64,000 bases of DNA from Mobula hypostoma (GCF_963921235.1 NC_086098.1:7316001-7380000); one strand, 5' to 3'; counted from the stretch's first letter, positions 51,235 through 64,000 are shown. The notes: generated by a model not told the origin, from the sequence alone. A program made the numbers and translations.

Positions 51235-54200
51235 TATAAGCAAGAATATAATGTTGAGACTTTACAAAGCACTGGTGAGGCCTTACTTGGGGTAATGTGA
51301 GCAGGTTGAGGCCCTTATCTTAGAAAGGCTGGGCTGAAGCTGAAGAGGGTTCAAAGGAGGTTTATGAAAATGATTCCAGGGTTGAATGGCTTGCCATATG
51401 GCTCTGATAGTTGTGGGCCTGTATTCACTAGAATTCAGAAGAATGAAGGGTGAACTAATTGAAACTTATTGAATGGTGGAAGGCCTTGATAGAGTGGATG
51501 TGGAGAGGATGCATCCAATGGTAGGAGAGTCTAAGACCAGAGAACACATCGTCAGAATAGAGGGATATCTTTTAGGAAGTGAGATGAGGAGGAATTTCTT
51601 TAGCCAGAGAGTGGTGAATCTGTGGAATTCATTGCCACAGGCAGCTGTGGAGACCAAGTCTGCATGTATACTTAAGGCAGAGGTTGATAGATTCTTGATA
51701 GGTCAGGGCATGAAGGGGATAGGGGAGAAGGCAGGAGATGGGGGCTGAGAGGAAATTAGATCAGCCATGATGAAATGCCTTATTAGACTTGCTGGGCCAA
51801 ATGGCCTAATTCTACTTCTATATCTTATGGTCTTACATTTCACAAAATTAGTTTTTTTGTGGCAGCAGTACAGTACACTAAATAAAATTACTAAAATACT
51901 GTGTTGAAGTCTTAGGCACCCTAGCTATACAGTATACAATATATGTGCCGAAGACTTTTTCACAGTACTGCACATTCCCATAGTTTTCCGCTGAAGTTAG
52001 GGGAGAGTAGAATTAGAGGTCATGGTTTAAGGGTGAAAGGTGAAATATTTAAAGGGATTCTGCGGGGGCCACCTTTACTCAGAGGCTGGCGTGAGTGTGG
52101 AACGAGCTGCCAGCAGAAGTGGTGAATACGAGATAGGTTTCAAGTTTGAAGAAAAGTTTTGATTAGTACACAGATGGGAGGAGCATAGGGGCCTATGATA
52201 CAGGTGCAGGTTGATGGGACTTGGAACAATGTGAATTTTTCACAGACGTGATGTGTTGAAGTGCCTGTTTCTGTTTTGTTGTGCTCTACGTCTCTATTGC
52301 CTGCAATAACATTTCAAGTGTCCTTCTCCTTGAGCATTAAAAGTACTCAAATCCTTTGCTTCTTCTGCCTTTCTACAATTCATGACCAGCTGAGGGCTCT
52401 AATAGCACAGTCAGTTAGTGCGTGGTACATGGTCGTATCCGGTGGGGAAATTCCGCGACTCTGAGTTCAAGTCTCACCGAGAGCACAGGTGACTTTCGGG
52501 TAGCACAGTAGTATAGCTGTTAGCATAGTGCTATTTCTGTGCCAGCAACCCAGGCTTAATTCTCGCCACTGTCTGTAAGGAGCTCGTATATTCTCCCTGT
52601 GACTGCATGCGTTTCCTCCGACTGCTTCATACATTCCAAAGTAGGTTAATTAGTAACACAGGTGTAAGTGGGCAATGCACATCTATTGGAGAAGAAGGGT
52701 CTCAAATTAAAATAAAGTAAATAAAAGAAAATCAACTTCCCTCTGTTATGTATGAGTGCACCTTATTTAGAAATTGTGACCTCTGGTTCTAGATTCTCCC
52801 ATTAGAGCAGGGGTTTCCAGCCTTTGCTATGCCCTGGACTCCTACCATTAACTGAGTGGTCCGTGGACCTCACGTTGGAAACCCCTGCACGAGGGAAACC
52901 ATCTTCTCTGCATCCACCCTTCAAGGCCCCTGCAAACCTTTCAATCACACGTCTTCTCCTTCTTTTAAACTGCAGCAAACTCACAAATTGCTTGGATGTA
53001 TTTTTGTCCGTGAGAAATATCGTTGCTCTTGAGTCTCTAAGAAAGGAACAAAGAACAGCTGTTCACGTTAAAGTGAATGATATTCGATATTGCTAATATC
53101 TAATCATTTGAATTTAATTATGAACATAAAGGTGGTAAGGATCTGAGTTATGTTAAAATGTATCCATAAAAGCTGCAGAATATCAGAGATCTTCTCTTTA
53201 ACTAATTGAATCCATCTGTAATATAGCAGATTGCTTATGTTTTGTCTTTTAGTGCTTTGGAACACTTCACACCAGCCAAACTGGTAGAGAAAGATTCAAT
53301 TTTGAAATAAAACTTCTGTTAAATTACATAATTTCAAAAGTGCCGTGATAAAAAACATGGATTAATAGGACGCTGCCTGACCTGCTGAGTTCCTCCAGCA
53401 TTTTATGTGTTGCTTTGGATTTCCAGCACCTGCATATTTTCACATGCTTTTCATTTATATATTGTTATTTATTTACTGATTGATTGAGGTATAATGGGAA
53501 AGGGCCCATGAAATAAGTACTATCAGCCCTTTGAGCTGCAATCCCCCGATTTAAGATTAACCTAAATCACCGGACAATTTACAATGACCAATTAACCTAC
53601 CAACCGGAACATCTTTGGAATGTGGGAGGGAATTGGAGTACCCAGAGGAAACCCACATGGTCACGGGGGAATGTACAAACTACTTACAGGCAGATATGGT
53701 ATAGACATCAATTTATTATGCCAAGAGACAAGGTAACCAGTTCCAGACCGTCAATTTTTGCTTCCAGCATAGCACTGATAGTTTCCCACGAACCAGAGCA
53801 TCACTAATTTTTGTGTTGTCTTCAAACTTTCGAATCACACTTCCCTGATTATCATCTGTGACATTAATGAATGTAATCTTGTGATCTTGTAACCTTTGTC
53901 TTGTGATCTCGTAAAGCCGGAAATTGGAACTAGACAGGAGAATAGTTTAGCTCATGGTGGTGTGGCAGAGCAGACTCGATGGGCCGAATGGCCTACTTCT
54001 GCTCCTTTGTCTTGTGATCTTGTGAACATAGGGCATCATCATCATTGTGTGCCATGTCATATAACGCAGGCGATCATGGTCTGTGACAGTGATTGTTCTT
54101 GTACAAAAGTTGTTTGCCATTGCCATCTTCTGGGCAGTGTCTTTACAAAATGGGTGAGCCCAGCCATTATCAATATTCTTCAGAGGTTGTCTGCCTGGTG

Positions 54201-54486
54201 TCAGTGGTCACATAACCAGGACTTGTGATGTGCCCCAGCTGTTAAAACAACCTGCCCACATGGCTTCACGTGACCCTGATCGGGGGACTTAGCAGGTGCC
54301 ACACCTTGCCCAAGGGTGACCTGAAGGATAGCGGAGGGAAGGAGCACCTTACACCTCCTTTGGTAGAGGCGTATCTCCACCCTGCCATCCAGCAACAAAC
54401 AGAAGGGATCCAAGTAACAATCCTTGTGGTTGATACTACGGACAAACTTGCAACAAAGGTGTTTGCCAGGACGGTTGAATCAGGAT

Positions 54487-54830
54487 TGTTATGGTGAAGT
54501 TCCATATCATTAACCCATGGACAACTATGAGGGACATAGATTAGGTGGACCCAAGTGCAGAGGAGACCAGAGATGAGGATGGAGTTGAACAAGGAATCTT
54601 TATTACAGGATTGGTTTGTACAGAACACAGACTGGCACTCAAGAATCACTACCCACATGATAGGTAAGCTGAAGACAGAGGGAATTTAATTAGAGAACCA
54701 AAACAAGGCACAGGTGCACTGTTAACTAAAACAAGCTACAGTAGAAAATATTCAACTAATAGTCGGAGAGGAAGAGCATTGGAGCCTGGAGGACTCTAGC
54801 GCCACCTGGTGATCTGACCAAAACATGACA
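54487..54830 (-). mobile_element. Solo-LTR-like element (Gypsy type)
   Basis: TGTTATG...CATGACA termini; AATAAA on the minus strand at about 54599-54604; no clear TSD. Confidence 0.5.
54797..54812 (-). promoter_or_regulatory. CTCF-binding motif
   Basis: Minus strand TCACCAGGTGGCGCTA closely matches the CCACCAGGTGGCGC core consensus. Confidence 0.5.
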
Positions 54831-55150
54831 AAACATTGATAGATTTTTTTGACATGAGTGTGGAACTGAGGGATGTGATCATGCAAAGGTGATTAACTTG
54901 AGGTGATTACAACATTTATTTTTTATGCTCTGAAGAACAGAGCAGGTACCATGCAGGGAGACAAATAAAGTGCAAGGTGCATGATGAGGTAGATTGAAAG
55001 ATCAAAAGTAACATCTTTACTGACCATTCAAGTTTTATAACAGCGGTAAAGAACTTCTTCTTGGAAGATTACTATAGAATTTATTTGGGGAATAGGGCAT
55101 ATTTTCTCAAAATAATTAATTTTCAGTCATATATTAATGACTTATTCCAG

Positions 55151-55336
55151 AAACATGTATATTCTTTCCCAACCATGATTATGGTAATATATTATGGTAA
55201 TCATTTAATAAAATAGTTTGAAGTGTGTGTTTGACAAAATTCCTCTTCAATGGAACTAGAAGGAATAGTGGGTGATAACCATAAGCAAATCCCCAGTCGT
55301 CAGCATTTTAATGGTACCAGCTCACAGGGATCCAAC
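55151..55336 (+). CDS. Candidate pair of small exons of an unidentified gene (55151-55183 or 55151-55196, and 55260-55336)
   Basis: TAATGACTTATTCCAG acceptor, G|GTAAT donors, second exon CTAG|...AAC|GTAGGT; phases are compatible and give ..EGIVGDNHKQIPSRQHFNGTSSQGSN; the acceptors and the 55197 and 55337 donors are retained in the 18.7-kb duplicate. Confidence 0.3.
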
Positions 55337-55474
55337 GTAGGTCCATAATGGTAACCAAATCAGTTTTATTTTTATTTACTTCAATTGACTTTCCAAGATT
55401 AATTTTAAAAGAAATAAATTTAAATCATAGCACACAGCAAGTTTTTCAACACAATCTCTTATAAACATACATAT

Positions 55475-55700
55475 GAATACACACACACAAATACATATAT
55501 ATATATATACACTCTCTCTCTCACACACAGATACACTCACACGCACGTACAGACACACACACAAACACACACACTCTATCTCACACACACACGGACACGC
55601 TCACATGTACACACACATAAACACATTGTCACACACACATACACACACACGTTTATGTTCACACATTTACATGAATACACACACACACACACACACACAG
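55475..55700. repeat. Compound (CA)n/(TA)n/(CT)n microsatellite
   Basis: Seen directly in the sequence. Confidence 0.95.
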
Positions 55701-57756
55701 ATCAACATCACAGAGTGTAGGCTCTACTTAAGAACCTTTTAGGAAACTTATCCTTAATGTAATAATAGCAGAACATGATATTGAATACCTCTCTTTGGAG
55801 CTGCAAACACTTACATCGAGGTTTGGTAATTTAATTAGCAAATCTGATTATTTATACGATAGTATCTCTTACTTTCCTGGTGACTCAAAATGAACTCTTA
55901 ATACACCGTTCCACATTGGTGCCTTTGTTGTTTGCTTTGGCCTGAACATCGACAATTATGTTGTTATATCAAACTTGAGGAAAAAAATTCCATAAAAGAA
56001 TGATGTACATGTTAAAGTGATCACTTATAGGCCTTTTTGAAGTGGCGTACATTTTTTAACGGAATACACTGCTTATTTTACAACAAAAATAGTTATGGGA
56101 CCTGATTTATTTACTGTCTCCTTCTGTTGGTTGTTCCAAACTTTGCAAAGCTGTTGTCAAAACTCCCGCTACATTAACCATTTCAACATGTTTCAGGCAT
56201 GTAAATACTTCCCGGGCCATTGACCACAAAAATGTATTAAAATGTATGTGCTTGCTTCCCTCGACAAATGATATTAGACTATGAGGCCATAAAGTATATA
56301 TATACATACCACAATATACAACCCTCAGATTCATTTTCTTGCAAACAGACTCAATAAATACATACTAGAATAATATCCATAATAGAACCAGTGAAAGACT
56401 ACACCAACAAGAGAAAATCTGCCGACGCTGGAAATCAGAGCAACATAAAATGCTGGAGGAACCCAGCAGTTCAGGTAGCATCTATGGAAAAAAGAACAGT
56501 TGATGTTTCAGGCCGAAACCCTTCGGCAGGACTGGAGGAAAGAAGACTACACCAACTTGGGCAATCATCCAATGTGCAAAAGACAACAAACTGTGCAAAT
56601 ACAAAAAGAAAGAAATAATAATAATAAATAAATAAGCAATAAATATCAAGAACATGAGATGAAGGGTCCTTGAAAGTGTGTCCATTGGTTGTAGGAACAA
56701 TTCAGTGATGGGGAAAGTGATGTCCCCTCTGGTTCAAGATCCTGATGGTTGAAAGGTAATAATTATTGCTGAACCTGGTGGTGTGAGTCCTGAGGCTCCT
56801 ATCGCTCCTTCCTGATGGCAGCAGTGAGAAGAGAGCATGTCCTGAATAGTGGGTGTCCCTATTGACGATGAAATGCTACAGTCCTTCTAGCCATTGTGAA
56901 CAGTGAGATTCTGGCAGGGGGCCAGTTGCTGAAACACAATAGTAATCTGTTTGCAAAGGGTGTAAATGCCAAAGATATCGATTAGTAAGTTTGTGGATGA
57001 CACAAACATTGGTGATGCTGTGGACTTCAAAGAAGGTTATACAACAGGATGTGCATAAAAATAGAACGTAGAACATTCAACTGTGAAGCATAGTACAAGC
57101 CCTTCGACCCATAAATCATCAGATTTCGAAATTAAATTGTTGAAACTCAATGTAAGTGCTTGTGATGAACTTTAACCTACTCTAAGATTAATCGAACCCT
57201 TCCATCCCTCATGGGCTTCCATTTTTCTATCGTCATGAGCCTATCAAAGAGTTTCTTAAATGTCCCATCATGTATCTGCCTCTACCATCACCCCTGGCAG
57301 AGGCAGATACATCCCTGACAGAGCTTTCTATGTAGTCACCACTCTCTGTGTTAAAAAAAAACTACCTTTGACATCCCTTTTTATACGATGAATAACTGGT
57401 CAGAGTGTTGGCTGATGGAAACTATCGTTAACAAGTGTGAAGTGATGCATTTTGGGAGGTCAAATAGATCCCTGAAAATAGCAACACAGGTGGACAGGGG
57501 GAGAAAGGGTCCTTACATTCATTAGATGGGGCATACAATATTAACGTTGAGGTGTTATGGTGGACCTTTATAAACACAGGTTTAAACCACACGGAGTACA
57601 CTATGCAGTTCTGGTCACCATACTAGAGAAAGGATGCATCTGCACTTGAGAGAATTCAGATCAGATTCATCAGAGCTTTTCCTGGATGGGAGGATTTTAC
57701 TTATGGGTAGAGACTGGATAGTTTTCCCTGGAGAGTAGGAGGTTCGGGTGATTTTC

Positions 57757-58990
57757 ATTTAGGAGCTGGAGGAAATTTGGTATGTCACCACAGACTTGAG
57801 CAAGTTTCTGGAGATGGACTGTGGAGAGCATTCTAGCTGGTAGCATTACTGTCTGGTATGGAGGCACTAAGGCACTAGATCGAAAAAGATTTGCAGAGGG
57901 TTGTAGACTAGACCATAAGACCATAAGACAAAGGAGCGGAAGTCGGCTATTTGGCCCATCGAATCTGCTCTGCCATTTTATCATGAGCTGATCCATTCTC
58001 CCATTTAGTCCCACTCCCCCGCCTTCTCACCATAACCTTTGATGCCCTGGCTACTCAGATACCTATCAATCTCTGCCTTAAATACACCCAATGACTTGGC
58101 CTCCACTGTTGCCTGTGGCAACAAATTCCATAGATTCACCACCCTCTGACTAAAAAAATTTCTTCGCGTTTCTCTTCTGAAAGGGCGCCCTTCAATCCTT
58201 AAGTCATGCCCTCTCGTACTAGACTCCCCCATCATGGGAAACAACTTTGCCACATCCACTCTGTCCACGCCTTTCAACATTCGAAATGTTTCTATGAGGT
58301 CTCCCCTCATTCTTCTAAACTCCAAGGAATACAGTCCGAGAGTGGACAAACGTTCCTCATATGTTAACCCTCTCATTCCCGGAATCATTCTAGTGAATTT
58401 TCTCTGTACCCTCTCCAACGTCAGCACGTCCTTTCTTAAATAAGGAGACCAAAACTGCCCACAGTACAGGACTCTGCCAAGCCCATCATGGACGGGCACA
58501 AACCCCGCCCAAACATCAAGGACAACTTCAAAAGGCAGTGCCTGAAGAAGGTGGCATCCAATAGATAGATAGATAGATAGACAGACATACTTTATTGATC
58601 CCGAGGGAAATTGGGTTTCATTACAGATGCACCAACCAAGAATAGAGCACAAATATAGTAATACAAAAACCACAAACAATCAAACAACAATATGCAAACT
58701 ATGCCAGATATTAAAGAGCCTCACCATCTGGGACATGCCCTCTTCTCATTACTACCATCAGGGAGGATGACAGGAACCTGAAGATGTATTCTCAACACTT
58801 TGGGAACAGCTTCTTCCCCTCCACCATCAGAGTCCTGAATGGTCCACGAACCCAGGAGTACCAGCTGAGTATTCTTGCTCATTTCTGCACTATTTATTTA
58901 TATTTGCAATATATTTCTTATCGTGACAAATTAATTTTATGTATTGCACTGTATTGCTGCCAGAAACTAACAAATTTCATGACATACATT
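57757..58990 (+). mobile_element. Rex1/Babar-type 3' fragment interrupted by a CR1 (57910-58467) and a (GATA)-tailed fragment (58561-58710)
   Basis: ..VESILAGSITVWYG..LQRVV.. before the inserts and ..HHLGHALFSLLPSGR.. after them. Confidence 0.7.
57910..58467 (-). mobile_element. Young CR1 (family C) 3' fragment
   Basis: C-terminal part of ORF 58005-58679; (AGACCATA)n tail. Confidence 0.92.
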
Positions 58991-59034
58991 AGGTCAATGA
59001 TAATAAATGTGTAAAAGAAGACAAACGGTGTGAT

Positions 59035-59472
59035 TAAAAACAAATAAATAAATAATACCGAGAACATGGCTTGTAGAGTCCTTGAGAGTGACTCTGTGGG
59101 TTGTGGATTCAGTTCAGTGTTGAGGTGAGTGAAGTTATCCACGCTGGTTCAGGTGCCTGAATACTGAGGGGTAAGAACTGTTCCTGAACCTGGTGGTGTA
59201 AATCCTGAGGCTCCTGTACCTCCTGCCTGATGGCAGCAATGAGAAGAGAGCATGGTTTGGATGGTGGGGTTCCTTGATGATAGATGCTGCTTTCTTGTGG
59301 TAACAGTCTCGTGTAGATGTGCTCAATGGTGGGGCAGGGGGCTTTGTCTTTGATGAATTGGTCTGTATCTAGGCCTGAATGGGCTTCAGGAAGGTGAGGT
59401 TGGAAGAACCTAAAAAGCTTTAAGTTGCTGGGTGTCAACATCTGAGAAGATCTGTTGTGGGTCCAGCACACT
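59035..59472 (-). mobile_element. Rex1/Babar-type LINE 3' fragment
   Basis: ORF 59135-59326 KAASIIKEPHHPNHALFSLLPSGRRYRSLR; related tails at about 800-1000, 2046-2300, 16673-17280 and 56300-56870. Confidence 0.8.
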
Positions 59473-59477
59473 CATAC

Positions 59478-60984
59478 AATTTTTCAAAACTGGTTAGATT
59501 CTGGACTAGTTCCTGAGGATTGGAGGGTGGCTAATGTAACCCCACTTTTTAAAAAAGGAGGGAGAGAGAAACCGGGGAATTATAGACCAGTTAGCCTAAC
59601 GTCGGTGGTGGGGAAACTACTGGAGTCAGTTATCAAGGATGTGATAACAGTACATTTGGAAAGCGGTGAAATGATCGGACAAAGTCAGCATGGATTTGTG
59701 AAAGGAAAATCATGTCTGACGAATCTCATAGAATTTTTTGAGGATGTCACTAGTAGAGTGGATAGGGGAGAACCAGTGGATGTGGTATATTTGGATTTTC
59801 AAAAGGCTTTTGACAAGGTCCCACACAGGAGATTAGTGTACAAACTTAAAGCACACAGTATTGGGGGTAAGGTATTGGTGTGGGTGGAGAATTGGTTAGC
59901 AGACAGGAAGCAAAGAGTGGGAATAAACGGGACCTTTTCAGAATGGCAGGCGGTGACTAGTGGGGTACCGCAAGGCTCAGTGCTGGGACCCCAGTTGTTT
60001 ACAATATATATTAATGACTTGGATGAGGGAATTAAATGCAGCATCTCCAAGTTTGCGGATGACACGAAGCTGGGTGGCAGTGTTAGCAGTGAGGAGGATG
60101 CTAAGAGGATGCAGGGTGACTTGGATAGGTTGGGTGAGTGGGCAAATTCATGGCAGATGCAATTTAATGTGGATAAATGTGAAGTTATCCACTTTGGTGG
60201 CAAAAATAGGAAAACAGATTATTATCTGAATGGTGGCCGATTAGGAAAAGGGGAGGTGCAACGAGACCTGGGTGTCATTATACACCAGTCATTGAAAGTG
60301 GGCATGCAGGTACAGCAGGCGGTGAAAAAGGCGAATGGTATGCTGGCATTTATAGCGAGAGGATTCGAGTACAGGAGCAGGGAGGTACTACTGCAGTTGT
60401 ACAAGGCCTTGGTGAGACCACACCTGGAGTATTGTGTGCAGTTTTGGTCCCCTAATCTGAGGAAAGACATCTTTGCCATAGAGGGAGTACAAAGAAGGTT
60501 CACCAGATTGATTCCTGGGATGGCAGGACTTTCATATGAAGAAAGACTGGATGAACTGGGCTTGTACTCGTTGGAATTTAGAAGATTGAGGGGGGATCTG
60601 ATTGAAATGTATAAGATCCTAAAGGGATTGGACAGGCTAGATGCAGGAAGATTGTTCCCGATGTTGGGGAAGTCCAGAACGAGGGGTCACAGTTTGAGGA
60701 TAGAGGGGAAGCCTTTTAGGACCGAGATTAGGAAAAACTTCTTCACACAGAGAGTGGTGAATCTGTGGAATTCTCTGCCACAGCAAACTGTTGAGGCCAG
60801 TTCATTGGCTATGTTTAAGAGGGAGTTAGATATGGCCCTTGTGGCTACGGGGGTCAGGGGGTATGGAGGGAAGGCTGGGGCGGGGTTCTGAGTTGGATGA
60901 TCAGCCATGATCATAATAAATGGCGGTGCAGGCTCGAAGGGCCGAATGGCCTACTCCTGCACCTATTTTCTATGTTTCTATGTT
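59478..60984 (+). mobile_element. Young CR1 (family A), 5'-truncated, with uninterrupted RT domain
   Basis: ORF 59455-60891 (478 aa): NYRPVSLTS, YLDFQKAFDKVPH, GVPQGSVLGP, FADD; 3' hairpin and TTTCTATG tail. Confidence 0.97.
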
Positions 60985-62082
60985 AATCCTGTAGAAGGCA
61001 CACCAGTGAGAGACTCGACCAGAGTTCATTAGGAGCTTACCTCCACACCCTTATTAGAGCATTTATTGTATTCCTTCAACCAGTTGTTGTCATCTTACAA
61101 TGTTAACTCTAATCAGAGGTTATCAGTTTTAAAAATTCATTCTCTTTCTTTCACCACAGATGGTCCTGGAATGTTCTGTTTTTATTATAATAAGACTGGA
61201 GTTAAGAGCAAGACTGTCACCCAAGTACAATGATCAAAAACACAGCTAAAAGTTTCATAAAAGGCATAAACCACACAAAATACTTGAACATTTTCATTGC
61301 TTTGGTGATAATCAAATCTTGGAGGTAATGCCTAGTGTGCAAACAGGATTAAAAAGCTTATTTAATGCAATCGACCATAAATGTATATCTATCTGATTAT
61401 CACAAGGAATATTTCACAAAGTGAAAAATAGGCATTACCTTCTTTTGCCTGAGGTAGCAAATGTAATCTTGGTCAATAGATTGTGCTTTCCTTTCTCAAT
61501 AAATTGTACTTAACCATGTAGAGTGCTTGTAGAGTATAGTCATGTCTTTAAAGCGGTTCTTACCCTGATTATTGATTATTTCCCTTCCCTTCCTTCCCCT
61601 CCAACCACCTTCTTATTCTGGTTTCTTACCCTTTACTTTCCATTTCTTAAGAATAGTCTCAACCCGAAATGTCGACAGTTTATTCCTCTCCATAAATGCT
61701 GCCTGACCTGCTGAGTTCTTCCAACACTTTGTGGGTGTTGCTCTGGATTTCCAGCACCTGCGGAATCTCGTGTTTATAATATAGACTGTCCTTGTTTAAT
61801 CAGTTTCCATATCATACCTTGAAGAATTCTGGGAACTGGCAACTAAACAATTGTTTTTTTATATAGTGGCAGGGAAATTTTACTTACTTATAAGTGAAAT
61901 AAAAGGTATAGCACTTAATTTAATGTACTTAACTAAATCCTGATTCCATAAAAAACAGGTAATTAAGAATATACTACTGCATTATGCTGCTGGTATGTTT
62001 TCTTCTAATGACATTACTGGCCAATTCATTTTATTGGGAGTACGCTAAATTTTACGCTACTTATGTTGGTGCCAAGTCTGTT

Positions 62083-64000
62083 GGTCCTGAAAGGAGAATA
62101 TAGGGAGCTAGGAAGGGAGTTGAGAAAAAGGACCGCAAAGGTAGTAATCTCGGGATTACTGCCTGTGCCACGCGACAGTGAGAGTAGGAATGCGATGAGG
62201 TGGAGGATAAATGCGTGGCTGAGGGATTGGAGCAGGGGGCAGGGATTCAAGTTTTTGGATCATTGGGACCTCTTTTGGCGCAGGCGTGACCTGTACAAAA
62301 AGGACGGGTTACACTTGAATCCTAGGGGGACCAATATCCTGGCAGGGAGATTAGCGGGGGCTACTGAGGTGACTTTAAACTAGAATGGTTGGGGGGTGGG
62401 AATCAAATTAAAGAGGCTAGGCGTGAGGAGGTTAGTTCACAACAGGGGAATGGGAACCAGTGCAGAGAGACAGAGGGGTGTAAAGTGAGGGTAGAAGCAA
62501 AAAGTAGTAAGGTGAAAAGTAAAAGTGGCAGGCCAACAAATCCAGGGCAAGCATTAAAAAGGGCCACTTTTCAACATAATTGTATAAGGGCTAAGAGAGT
62601 TGTAAAAGAGCGCCTGAAGGCTTTGTGTGTCGATGCAAGGAGCATTCGTAATAAGGTGGATGAATTGAAAGTGCAGATTGTTTTTTTTTGAACCAACATG
62701 TCGAGGAACCAACGAGAGCAGGCTATTCTGGACTGGGTTTTGAGCAATGAGGAAGGGTTAATTAGCGATCTTGTCGTGAGAGGCCCCTTGCGTAAGAGTG
62801 ACCATAATATGGTGGAATTCTTCATTAATATGGAGAGTGAGATAGTTAATTCAGAAACAAAGGTTCTGAACTTAAAGAGGGGTAACTTTGAAGGTATGAG
62901 ACGTGAATTAGCTAAGATAGACTGGCAAATGACACTTAAAGGATTGACGGTGGATATGCAATGGCAAGCATTTAAAGGTTGCATGGATGAACTACAACAA
63001 TTGTTCATCCCAGTTTGGCAAAAGAATAAATCAAGGAAGGTAGTGCACCCGTGGCTGACAAGAGAAATTAGGGATAGTATCAATTCCAAAGAAGAAGCAT
63101 ACAAATTAGCCAGAGAAAGTGGCTCACCTGAGGACTGGGAGAAATTCAGAGTTCAGCAGAGGAGGACAAAGGGCTTAATTAGGAAGGGGAAAAAAGATTA
63201 TGAGAGAAAATTGGCAGGGAACATAAAAATGGACTGTAAAAGCTTTTATAGATATGTAAAAAGGAAAAGACTGGTAAAGACAAATGTAGGTCCCTTACAG
63301 TCAGAAACAGGTGAATTGATTATGGGGAGCAAGGACATGGCAGACCAATTGAATAATTACTTTGGTTCTGTCTTCACTAAGGAGGACATAAATAATCTTC
63401 CGGAAATAGTAGGGGACAGAGAGTCCAGTGAGATGGAGGAACTGAGCGAAATACATGTTAGTAGGGAAGTGGTGTTAGGTAAATTGAAGGAATTGAAGGC
63501 AGATAAATCCCCAGGGCCAGATGGTCTGCATCCTAGAGTGCTTAAGGAAGTAGCCCAAGATATAGTGGATGCATTAGTGATAATTTGTTAATAGTGATAA
63601 CTCGTTAGATTCTGGACTAGTTCCTGAGGATTGGAGGGTGGCTAATGTAACCCCACTTTTTAAAAAAGGAGGGAGAGAGAAACCGGGGAATTATAGACCG
63701 GTTAGCCTAATGTCGGTGGTGGGGAAACTGCTGGAGTCAGTTATCAAGGATGTGATAACAGCACATTTGGAAAGCGGTGAAATGATCGGACAAAGTCAGC
63801 ATGGATTTGTGAAAGGAAAATCATGTCTGACGAATCTCATAGAATTTTTTGAGGATGTAACTAGTAGAGTCAATAGGGGAGAACCAGTGGATGTGGTATA
63901 TTTGGATTTTCAAAAGGCTTTTGACAAGGTCCCACACAGAAGATTAGTGTACAAACTTAAAGCACACGGTATTGGGGGTAAGGTATTGGTGTGGGTGGAG
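62083..64000 (+). mobile_element. CR1 (family A): ORF1 esterase C-terminus plus ORF2 with endonuclease deletion; runs off the window
   Basis: ORF 62063-62383 VVISGLLP..FLDHWDLF..DGLHLN (SGNH-type DxxH); ORF2 start ARSIRNKVDEL joined at about 62690 to NQHVEEPTREQAILD; lesion at about 63586-63600; RT continues to 64000. Confidence 0.95.

Larger units (their letters stand above)
46545..51835 (+). mobile_element. Old CR1 ORF2 (endonuclease to 3' tail) fragmented by several later insertions
   Basis: Colinear pieces at about 46545-47512, 48598-49271, 50005-50296 and 51235-51835; ends with a TCTTATGGTCTTA tail. Confidence 0.8.

Noticed and set aside
1..64000. CRISPR array, rRNA or prokaryotic system
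   Set aside because: No regularly spaced repeats, rRNA motifs or operon-like gene density; the RT ORFs are eukaryotic retroelements.

Overview
Repeat-dominated vertebrate DNA, intronic or intergenic, with no complete host gene. The repeat repertoire points to a cartilaginous fish, probably a ray (inference). It includes CR1 LINEs with 7-8-nt tandem tails, HE1/V-type tRNA-SINEs, Rex1/Babar fragments, Penelope-type elements, RTE-related non-autonomous elements, one Gypsy provirus, and Tigger, hAT and Tc1-type DNA transposons. Every ORF with a recognisable product is transposon-derived. Main observations: (1) a 178-bp insert (13125-13302) with a target-site duplication (TSD) whose minus strand folds tightly and carries all hammerhead core motifs in a permuted order; (2) minimal hammerhead ribozymes in Penelope-type terminal repeats, including an inverted pair; (3) a diverged ~300-bp duplicate of apparently unique DNA (18.6 kb vs 55.1 kb) with two small candidate exons, intact in one copy and disrupted in the other; (4) deep, well-resolved transposon nesting. 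Repeat boundaries were set by eye and are approximate unless a TSD is quoted.
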